A stretch of DNA of 61,019 nt, counting the filler, from Porpidia crustulata (taxonomy: Eukaryota), in the NCBI GenBank assembly GCA_964255105.1. It is 4 parts of 4 records of this genome, joined end to end, with 100 filler letters (N's around TTAATTAATTAA, not from the genome) between each part and the next. Parts side by side here need not be neighbours in the genome. Positions count along the whole stretch, not along the records: positions 1 to 15,220 come from CAXUWE010000330.1; 3 more parts are not named here. The stretch is one strand, 5' to 3'. This document shows, in pieces, positions 1 through 10,500 of this stretch (positions are counted from its first letter, which is position 1; every line of letters starts with the position of its first letter). A program made the translations under genes and the position numbers. The notes below the pieces were generated by a model. It searched no databases. It was not told the DNA's origin and saw only the letters and a list, made by a program, of their open reading frames with translations.

Positions 1-500
1 ACCCCCCACATATCCTCAGACACGCAAACCCTCGAATTGCCATCATAACGATCAGAAAAGGCGCAAAGGCTGTACTTTGTGCACGTCAGAATGCCGAACC
101 CTCAAAACTGGTAATCCAGGTCGAGTAGGCTCCTCAAGTAGGAACCGAATTCCAGGACGTTTGAGTATATCAGGTTGTCCGTATAGTGGTCCTCTCGAGG
201 TTCGGGATCTCACGTTCCACAGCCAGCGCGATGGTTTGATGGGGTCGTGCTTGGCGGACAGCCTGCTGTGCGGTATTAGCCTTGTGGAGTGATCCATAGA
301 CACTGGCTGTTTAGATGTTTGCGTAAGCAGGCGTTTCGCACCCAAGGTATCAAAAATCAATTATACTACATTCAACTACATGTCTCGCATGTGTGCGGTC
401 CGGGAATATTTATGTACATGAATCGAAGTTTGGCTTCAATTCCCGTTGAAGAATATCATGAACGTGAACACTTCTCCGCCAGCAGACTGTCCCTCCCCAG

Positions 501-1605
501 TCACCCATGGGACGCAGGACGCAGCATCACCTTCTGCGCTTTCGCGCCTCCGTGGTCCATCATCACCAAGAAACTATTCTGGTCCAGGCTCAGTTCTCCG
601 GCCCATACACTCTGCGCCGGCCCTACCGTGATCTTGTTCCCCCAGGTTGCGCCCCCGTCCCCGCTGGTCACCACCTTGACGGCGACATCGGCCGTATATT
701 CTGGTGATGGGGCCGACGCGCCAGAGTCCTCGTTTATAATGAAGCTGACGGCGAGAGTACCTCCTACATTGACGACTTGTGGAGCCCCGGCGCTGGTGTT
801 TGGGTTGGTGGGGGTGTAGACGGTTTGCCTGTTGCCCCATGTTTTGCCGTCGTCCTCGGACATGATGGAGTGGATACTGAATTCACCCGTGATTTCGCTC
901 TCGAATACACAGATCAATCTATTCCCGCTTATAGTAGTGACGCCTGTCATGCCGTCGCGAGCCGTGATATCAGCGCCAGAGATAATGTTGGCGCTCGTCC
1001 AAGATGCACCCCCATCAGTCGAGAATCGCTCGAGGGAGTCCTGATCATCACCAGCATTTTCACGTGAGTAGTAAAGCTGCAATGACCTGTCCTTGGCGTT
1101 CCGCATGAATGGCTCCCAATTCCCATGCACAGGGCCCTGGTCACTCGCAGGTTGGCTGAGATATCGCCAGGTTGCGCCGTTGTCATCCGAGAAAGAGATG
1201 GTAATCCGAAAGAATGTGTAGGCGCCAGTTTTTTGAGTGATTTCTATATGCACAAAGCACGCGACCCGAGGGCAGTTGAAGGACGTAAGGGTTATCGATG
1301 TCGTTGGCATTGGATGGACCTTGAGCCACCGTGCCAAGAGCTTGCCATGATACACCACCATTTGTACTTCTGACTGTCCTTATGACATTGTTGCCGTTTT
1401 CAAATGCGGTATAAGCGCCTAGGATGCTACCGTCTTTGAGGAAGTTGGCACGGGGGTAGGTACCAGTACCCATGATGGCTTCTCCTCCTGCTAAGACAGG
1501 CACAGCGACACTCTGCCCCGACTTGGATGGCTGAGCTGGAGCTGCGAGGCTCCTTCTTACTAGACTCGCCATAAGGAGGCATCTCGATAAAAAGCCGGCC
1601 CTCAT
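501..1605 (-). pseudogene. Secreted BNR/Asp-box glycosidase (GH93 exo-arabinanase-like), split by a frameshift
   Basis: Signal-like N-terminus MRAGFLSRCLLMASLVRRSLA; GTYPRA motif; Asp-boxes S.D.G.TW (STNGGVSW, SDDNGATW, STDGGASW, SEDDGKTW, SGDGGATW); WEPF motif. The frame changes at the A6 run 1229-1234 (YRNHSK / TGAYTFFRIT) with no intron available. Either a pseudogene or a homopolymer error. Confidence 0.75.
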
Positions 1606-2951
1606 GATACGGGATATGGAACAGCGGTGATATACTGAATCGCAAATGACTCGAGGATCCGGGTTCACCAGAGGTCAGCTGCAAGCGTGAGACTGATGAT
1701 CGATCAGTCGTTGCGAAATGCCTACAGCTTTGGGTCCGGCCCGATAAGTCATGAAAGGTAAGGTACTCAGGGAAACTTAGGCTCTCCACTTGATTGAGAT
1801 GCAGCGAGAACATGTTTTTTTGAAAGAAATAGTGTAGCTGGAACATCTTGGCTGACGGTCCTTTATTCATCTCAATTTCGTCCATCCCGTGTTCGCACTT
1901 CCCGAGTAGAGCCGGAATTGGAAGCATGTCGATAGAGGCTCCGCCGGCAGCGAGCTCAATGAAATCTTTCCACATGTTTCAGAAATTTTGAGCCAGTCGC
2001 TCAGGATCTATGGTCGTCAGCGACAGACCTACGTCCAATGAGACATGCTGATCGACAATTGAAAGGCGGAGATTAAGAACCGATACTCAAGCGAAGGATG
2101 TATCTTATCTACATGTTGGCTGAACTCCTGATATGTCTGCAGGCCACCTCAAGGTACGTTGTTTTCAAATGCTGTCAGTGGTCCGCTAGTTCTCTAGTAG
2201 TTTCTATGAGGTAGTCGTTGAGACATCGCTCTTCCTTGGCGATCATTGGAAATTAAAGGGGACCAACGCGTAATATTCAAGATGAGTTTCATCCCACTTA
2301 AATACTTCGCTTCGTAGCCGCACGAACCGGAAGTATCGTCGAGACTCAAGACCACGAGAATAATCCGCTGTCTCGTGGGATTTGCGGCTTGGTCCAGGCG
2401 GACGATGGTTCTTTCATTAGATATCAGGATCTCGGGCAGCTTTTCCACAATTATGACTGTGAAGTACTCTGCTCACTTGTAGCTAGGTAGCATCGTTCAA
2501 GTAGTAGCACGAAGAAGCAATCAGTGACATTCAAAAGATATTGATTTTAAGGTAGGAATATCACTGATATGGTGCCTGAGGTCAAGAGATGTTATATATA
2601 TGCTAACAGAGCGATTTTTACCATACCATGACCACTACACCCAAGTACATTGTACGACTGGATTAGAAAGTCATACGTATTGTTAAAGGCATCTACATTC
2701 AGAAGAGTGAGAGGTCTAATCCAGCTCATCCCATCTAAGATGGAATTGGATGATTTGACTGGCATGTCGCAATCGTGACTGCATATTTATCGTATTCGAT
2801 TGATAGACATGAAGGGTATATAGTCTTTCTTCAAAGGAAGATCATCGCTTTTGGGACGTTACCGAGTATGTCTATGGGCCTGATCACAAATCTATCCTGC
2901 AATTCCAATGCCACCATGTCCACCTTCCCGTGCCAGCCCAGCTTTGCATGA

Positions 2952-5900
2952 TCACTTACTCATGTACGATTGCAGCGCTGCCTGTGCGCCCGGCGATAAT
3001 CTTGCTCCGGCATAGGTACTTATCTTACCCTTTTTCCTTGTGTCCGCAGTCCTTAAGTACACTCCGACCCATCTCTTCACGTCCGTAACTTCCGGCCACT
3101 GATCCCTTGAAGGCCTTTTGATAGTGTTGAGTCGTGTGAAGCCAACACCGAAGCTCATGTCGTCAACATCTTGGTCTACAATCGCATCATCTGCGACTGC
3201 CAGAATTGGGGGGTTTTCAAGAAGCTTGATCAGAGCTTCGCACGTGAAGCCCCATCCTTTGTTCACGTACTTGGTTTCAAAAGCGACAGAGTCGGTGAGG
3301 GTCTTCGTTAGCGAGATGACAGCTGTTTTTCTATCCAGCGAGCGAGCTAATTTCTGGGTGTCTGGAAGGATTATGCTGAGGTAGAGCTGAACGAATACGC
3401 TGTCATGTGAATTAGCTTCGAAAGTACATGGAAGGGTTGGGTGTGCGTACCCTGACTGTAATTGCTCTACTAGATTGATGAAATAGTCGGCTCCGAGACC
3501 TTTGTCATCTTTAGCTGAGATAAAGTGGTATAGCTGGACAAATCTTAGGGTGAAGGTCTCTGTTCTTGAATTCTGTAGTCTTGTCAATAGTACTTGTAGG
3601 ATAGTCGCAAAGTAGGTCTCAAGCGCGGGCCTGTTTGCTCTGTCAGATCAAGATTATTGAGCCGTGTGAGACCACTCACGGAGAAAAGTTGGTAATAATA
3701 CATTCGAGAAGCTCGAAGCCGTAAGTTTCATTACTCTTGGTGGAGACTAATTGTGAAAATATGGCCAGCATCGTCTCGATCTGGTTATTCTTCTCTATAT
3801 GGTGGGCGCCACGAGCTATTATCGAGGAGAGCAAACGGACTAGAGCAGGTACATTTCCTCTAGAGGCCCAAAGTTCGGGCGTGAGGATGGGCGGTATCAA
3901 GGATTGATAATATTCGGACAACGATCCGGATGGATTGGCTTCAAGTAAAGCAGCAAAAAGCTGGAATACATAAGGTACGAATTCTAAGAGATGATGAGAC
4001 GAGGCGGAAGGAAGTCGCTACGGGCGTTCTTTACCTGAAACATCGTTTTGCAATATTCCTGCGAACGAAGAATAAAACCCATTTTCCAGCTTCTCGGGCT
4101 GCGAAGGGGCCGCAAACCTGAGCAAATTAGGGGCGCGTTTTCAAGAGTCCATAGGCACGTACCGAATGAACGCCCCTATGGCTTCAAAGTGATAGTAGTA
4201 GAATCGTGGGTTGCTGGGATTCCGGCTCATTATTTGTGTAATGTTGACAAAGTTACCAAGAACACTATCAATGATGGGTACTACGCCATCTTTGATTATT
4301 ATAAGAACTCTCATAATGCATCGCATGAGGAATTCGTTCTCCTGTATCTTTTCAGCCGCTGGATCTTTTCCCACCAGTCCAAAAAGATGTTCTAGTAATT
4401 GAGGAGCCAGTGATAGTACATCTGCTTGGCTAATAATAGGCTGGTTGTTGTCATTTGTGAGAGCCATTACACGGTCTAAGGCTATCGCAGCATAGGTATA
4501 AACAACATAATCTGAGGAGCCCAGGTGTTTCACCAGTAAAGGAAAAGCATCATGCCACTGGTTCTTGGTTATTTGACTCCTGAACGTATACAGGTATTTG
4601 ATCGCATCAACTTTGAGGATAGCTTCAATACCGACATCTGACAGTAGATCCTGCGCAATATTCGTCTGAAAGAACTCAATAACGTTAACATCCTCATTGG
4701 TAGTCTTAACACCTTGGCTAGCGGTCATTGTCCCTTTGGCAGCGATGGAGGTGTAGAGATAGACAGCAGTGTCTTTAGATTTCCAATTGGCTTCCCGATC
4801 CTTGGAATAGTCAGATAAGTAATGTTCGACGTATCTAAACACGACTCTTGGCACCATCTTGTCAAATTGTGTCATCAGCTGCCGGAGAAAATCTGTCGCA
4901 GCCCTTCGCCGGGTGTCGCTGTCCGATCCTTCAAGATCTCTTCTAATAAATTCTACTGGTTCTTCTTCAAACAATTCGATGTCGGACTCTCGCAACGCTA
5001 GGTTAGGTAAGATAACCTTCTCAACAACCTGGCTCATTGTGCTTTCGCTATTGAACGTCTGTGCATACTGCTGAATCCGGGTCACGGCAGTCAGGAATTG
5101 CAATGCCTTGCTGACCAGGATATCGTATTTAGTCTCCGGCCCTACCGTAGTTAGAAGGTTCCATGAGCTACCAATGAATTGTTCCACATGTTGTCCGAAT
5201 GCGTCTTCATATTTTTGTATGTACAGCACCAAAACTTCGAATATGCCGGCTTTAACATGCTCTAGCAGTCCAGATTCGGCGTCATCCTGAGTATGCAGTA
5301 GCGGATTGTCGTAGATTAGGTATCTGTGAAGAAGGTCTGCTATTGCAGGGAGGTTATCCTCAATTATCGGCGGTAGATCCTGGACCGAGAGATCGTAGAA
5401 GAGCTTAACGACTAGGATAAGCGTGGACATTACCTGAGGTAATATCTTATTCTTTTGGTTTTGTCGAATCATGGAATCAGTACTCTAAATAGCATATAGT
5501 CAGATAGTGCCGATTGCAGAGCCACTGTGAGGCAGGAGCCGGCTTACCTCTAGCAAAGATAAGAAAGGTACGCCGAACTTTTCCAAGACATGGTTAATTT
5601 CAGTAAAAAGGCTATCTGAACGGTAAAGTGGCCGCCAGCGTTTGAAGATTGAGTGTGCAACCTGGAGTACTCCATTGTTTATTGCTGGATTATCAGATGT
5701 CAGGCGAGACACAAGATCCTACATAACAATGAGCTGTGTCTATCGGATTGACTCAAGAGGCATACGTCTACGAGGGTATCCCATCTGTCCCAGAAATCGC
5801 TGTCCGCTATCACTCCAATCGCGTCTCCGAGTTGATACTGAATGTTTGGAGGTACAGAGATCATGAGCCCTATAAGTTCCTGTTTGATCGCCGCCGCTTC

Positions 5901-6252
5901 ATTCTCAGGAAGCTTATGATTGCCCTCCTCATCCTATGTACTTAAATCAATCCCAGCTGTAGATTCAATCAGGTTCAAGCCTAAGGCATACTGTCCAGTT
6001 TCTCTTGATGAAGTTTTTGAAGTACAGAGCGCTAGCAAGTCGAGCAGTATCACCGTAAGCCCCCGTGGCTACAATCTGGAGCAGTGACACAGAAAAGCCG
6101 GGCTTCTTTTCCTCTTGCAAGATTGCCAGCTCCGCTGAGGCAGTCAGTCACTTGCGCCTAGAAGTTTAGCTCACGAACTGACCCTGCTTGTTTTTTGAAG
6201 GGTCCAAACTCGCTTCCAAGACCTGGGATAGCCCTTGCAGGTCTGTAGCCAT
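2952..6252 (-). CDS. CSE1: Exportin-2 / importin-alpha re-exporter Cse1 (multi-exon)
   Basis: MATDLQGLSQVLEASLDP start; importin-beta N motif LASALYFKNFIKRNW; PVEFIRRDLEGSDSDTRRRAATDFL; NPSNPRFYYYHFE; canonical introns join the track ORFs. Confidence 0.95.
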
Positions 6253-6379
6253 ACCGTGGACGTTATTGCCAGGCGGAGTGTTCGAAGGGTAAGCTCAGCA
6301 CTGGGTATTGCCGAACTCTCAAAACAAACCGTGTAGCAAGCGCGAATCAGCCGCTAGCTTACCGACGGCTAAGGTACCT

Positions 6380-6486
6380 TACTCGTACTCACCCCTACTT
6401 CGGCCACACCCCTACTTCGGCCACAACACCAAGGGTTAGGGTTAAAAATTGAAATTCAGCGAGCGTGGCCGAACTAGGGGTGAGTA
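6380..6486. mobile_element. Miniature pogo/Fot1-like inverted-repeat element with internal telomere-like repeat
   Basis: Left end TACTCGTACTC followed by a 17-bp unit ACCCCTACTTCGGCCAC twice (6391-6424); right end GTGGCCGAACTAGGGGTGAGTA (6465-6486) is the reverse complement of 6386-6407 with 1 mismatch; AGGGTTAGGGTTA at 6432-6444. Confidence 0.7.
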
Positions 6487-6496
6487 AAGATGGGTA

Positions 6497-6754
6497 GTAC
6501 CCACGCACGCGGGTCACAAAAAATGCCGCGCACCCAAACTTTTCCCGCACCTTCATTATCAACTTTACGAAGATTTATTGTTTTAATAGCTCGCAATTTT
6601 ATTCTCGTCGTTTATTAATATTATTAAATTTTATTGAATATAATACTTATAGACTGAAGAAGAATTGAAACGTAGCAATTCGTAATTCTGTCGCTTTAAC
6701 ACGTGAAGGAAAATTTGGGTGCGTCGCTTTTTTTGTGATCCGCGTGCCACGTAC
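6497..6754. mobile_element. MITE (Tc1/mariner-type) with about 45-bp imperfect TIRs and AT-rich core
   Basis: GTACCCACGCACGCGGGTCACAAAAAATGCCGCGCACCCAAACTTTT versus AAAATTTGGGTGCGTCGCTTTTTTTGTGATCCGCGTGCCACGTAC; TA at both ends; no coding capacity. Confidence 0.7.
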
Positions 6755-6902
6755 CTTATGGAGTATAGCGCGGCAGATATGATGTCATAGGCGCTATACC
6801 CAAAGTAGTTAGCATAGGGTCTTACCAGGAATCCCCTCCGACTTCTGTAGATAGAGATTAATTGTTGGGTCATGTCAAGGAATAAAACATCATCGTTGAA
6901 TC

Positions 6903-7105
6903 TGTTAGGGGCCTCCTAACTACCTAGCTATGGGGGTAAATCAACGAAGAAATAAATGCTAAGGAAGAAAGGAAATCCGGATGCAGAGCGGTATTTGGGG
7001 TGATGGGAAATTGGCAATGCTAGAGCGACGCTAGGCCTCATTAGGCTCGGCACCACCTTGATCCGGTGTGCTGCTGGGGATGTTGGGGAAGGTCTGATCG
7101 TAACA
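6903..7105. mobile_element. Solo LTR (203 bp)
   Basis: Starts TGTTA and ends TAACA; perfect 5-bp target-site duplication GAATC (6898-6902 and 7106-7110); the first 50 bp recur exactly, inverted, at 15321-15370. Confidence 0.85.
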
Positions 7106-7524
7106 GAATCTTCTCAGTATTCGATCCCACAACAGAGGTAAACTGAGGAATGCACAAAAATCATAAGAAATTCCGACAGCCAGCATTAGTGAGTAATAAG
7201 ATGTTTCACAACACCAGCGAGTCAATTCTGCTGGATCAAAATCCTTTGTTCCTGAATGTAAGTCATTAAATCTGAATTGTGATGGCTATTAGAAATTTCG
7301 TACTTGTCGTTTTGGATGGTGACAACATTGTCATTATGTTGGCGTCTTAGCCACCTTCTCCATCATTTGGCTCTTGCTCATTAACTTTCAACTTTCAATA
7401 TTTCAACATTACTTTATGCATATATCTAGGGACATATTAGCTCAGTGCACATGGTATAGGCCATTGTGCCACACCGAGATCAGCAAGGTCAATCTCATCA
7501 GCCCTTTGCGCGGACGACGATGCT

Positions 7525-10500
7525 ATGAGTGCAAATAATGGCCGATCGACGCCTGACACGGAGGCCTCCACACCTACACTGACAGAAAGGGTGAGAGATC
7601 TAGCTGTTGGGCGTAGAAGCCTACCATCTCTACGTGGGACCAACAGTGGAAGCTCACGGTCCAGCGCCAGCTTATCTCTCACCCCAACGAATCGTCCGAA
7701 TGCCTCTCATGGCCAAACTATGGAGTCGGAGCAGACTTACAGAGAGCGATGCCTTGTGGATCTCCATGACAGCCGACCACTTAAAGAAAGAATCAAAGCC
7801 ATCAAAGCCATAAAGTCGGAGATCAAGCTTCATTCTGCAGGAACCTTGATGTCAATCTTGGCCAATGTTGAAGATCTCACTACCGAGTCTGCACCAATAG
7901 AAGCTCGGAAAGCAGTGTTCGACCTTCTCATATCTTCGGTAGGACACTCCGAATTAGATTCTCGGAGCTGCTTCAAGCTATTTACGATAATCACTACTCC
8001 TTACCCGGCGCCCGACTCAAGCCCTCAAATACTAGCACTTAGGCAACTGGTCCGTGATGGTCGGCAAATTGAATCTTTTGCAGGTTCACTGATAGCATAT
8101 CTAAATGATCGAATCCCTAGTATTTTCGACCACACTACAAAAGCTCGCGCGAGCCTTAAGAAGCAAAGGTTCCGACGACTAACGGAACCTTTTGGTGAGG
8201 AAGTTGGCCTTGAGCATATCCTATCTTTAGCCGCAGACGTCGTCTACATTACTCCCGCCTCTTTCGAAGATGATCAATTAGTGCTACTGGTAAGCAATGT
8301 GTTACAGATTGCGCAAAGGACGACTGCGGGCCTCGATCTCCAGGCGGCTGTGGAGGTCATCAAAAATATCACGCAATTCTCACAGATCCCTTTATCCACT
8401 ATGGAACTCTGTCTAGAGGTCCTCTGTGCAGGGTCCTCTATGGTGGAGGGCACAGTCACGTGGACATGTATCAGTAACATTCTGAGATCGAAAGATCAGA
8501 ATAGAGCCCTCAACATTATTCTGAACATCTTGTCGACGGCTGCTGATAGACGAGCCGAAAGCAGGACTCGGATTGTTCGTGGAGCACTATCAACTATAGC
8601 AAAAGTCGTTTCTTACGATGGGAAAGAGGATCTGCCACTTGTCCCTGTTCAGTCTCTCGCCAACGCCCTGAGAGCTGCGTCGCTTGATCCAAAGCATGAA
8701 TCAGCATGTTTAGAAACGGTAGTGATGATTCTCAACAACAGTGAATTTTTGAACCGCTTGATTAAGGAAGACTGGGGGTTTCTTCGCCATATACTTGATC
8801 AGTTCACCCGAACCAGAACTGTAGACGCTTCTGCAGACGTCCCAACACTTCCTTACAGTGTTACCTCAGCGTCGCCTCTGTACGACTTTATTATCAGCAT
8901 TCCAGCGAGTACTAACAAGATAAGTGGCTCGGTAGCAGAGAATTTACAGGATATCACTTCATGTCTCTCTTCTCGGTGGGACTCATTCGATCCGAAACAG
9001 AGGCAATTCCTTGTAAACCTATTTCTTAACATAGGCCTACACATTGATATCCCGGATTTGGGACTAGTTGTTGATTACATGATGTCCGAACAACTCATTT
9101 CTCCCTCGGATGAGAATTGGGCTCCGCACCTCAGCGTTCTTGTTGACGTTTTACTCCTGGACATTGAAAAGACAGACATGATACGGTGCCGAGTACTGTA
9201 CGCAATGAAGGAGGTACATGAGCTTATACGAGAAACGAGAGGAGATAGTATGTACGACAGAGATATACTTCTACACATTTTGCAATCTCTGAAAAATGAC
9301 GGGAAACCTATACTCGCCAACGCTCTGGCAGACTTTCTGACAGACCTTGCACGGGATGCCGACGATGAGATTTTCGATGCTATACTTACGAGACTCGTGC
9401 CATTACTAGAAATCAAAGACACGCCATCAGTAATACAACAAAATCAAACAGCATCATGTCTGATACGCTTATTTCTACAAATCTTACCGTACTCAGCATC
9501 ACATACAGTAAGAACCTATAACGTTTTAGTTGACGCAACGTCGAATAGAGCCATTTCTACTGGCATCAGATTGAGTATCATGAAGCTTCTAACACGTCTA
9601 CGATGTGACGAAAATCTTGCGGTCAGGGTCGTTCCTTTACCAGATAGCCAAGGCTTAGCGGATACGCTGTACAGGACAGAGGCCTCTTCTTTTCCACAAT
9701 CTACAATCATTAGGGCTTCCAATGATGATCCACATGTGTCACGAGCAGGTCGGACAAGTACGATAGACCAGTCAAATTCAGACCGTTCACGATCGACAAC
9801 GAGGTCTGGTAACGCGACAGACCGCTCAGCTAAAACTACTCCCCCACTTTGGATGTATCCTGGCGCGAAGGCGTTACCTTTAGAACCTCCGGTCAACGTG
9901 AGCCAACACGTCTACGTAAATGATCTTTCCAGTAGGCCGGGCACCATGGCCTTGGATCTTAGTCTCTGGCTAGACGCTATGCTGGATACGATCGAGAACG
10001 AAAGCGACTGGGAGCTTTATAGTTACGTTTTGGTCCACTTGCCTTCACAATTGAGCAACCTTCGATTGTTCACTGGTGCAGGCCCACGTCTGGCCAACCT
10101 GGAAGATCTGATGCTATCTTTTCTCAGTCGTGGAAACTTTCATGAGCCGCCAGCCAGCACAGGGGTCAAAAAGGGTGATGTAGCATTGTGTATGTTTCAG
10201 AGTCTTGTTATGCTCATCGGCTATCGTGAGCACTTTGGAAGGGCTCGAATGGACAAGACGGTTCATACATTTTTAGAAGGTATTAGTAAGTGGGATCGAG
10301 CAACAAAATGTTGTCTTCATGGACTCGCTGTTTGCTGCTACGAGATTCCAAACAGCATAGCTACCTATCTTCCACATATTATCGGCAAAATGTCTAAGAT
10401 CATTACCCAGTCATATTTGGCAGTGGATATTCTTGAATTCCTCGGCGGCTTGGCCAGGCTTCCAGATGCTTGTCGCAATATTGCTGATGACAACCTTCGG

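Noticed and set aside
1427..2448. Minus-strand ORFs of 182 and 84 aa upstream of the GH93-like gene
   Set aside because: No recognisable motifs or coherent splice model; one overlaps the glycosidase out of frame.
6391..6424. 17-bp direct repeats as a CRISPR-like array
   Set aside because: Adjacent copies with no spacers, eukaryotic context, and explained as TIR sub-repeats.
6763..6800. 9-bp inverted repeat GTATAGCGC...GCGCTATAC
   Set aside because: Too short to separate from chance, with no tRNA or snoRNA features.
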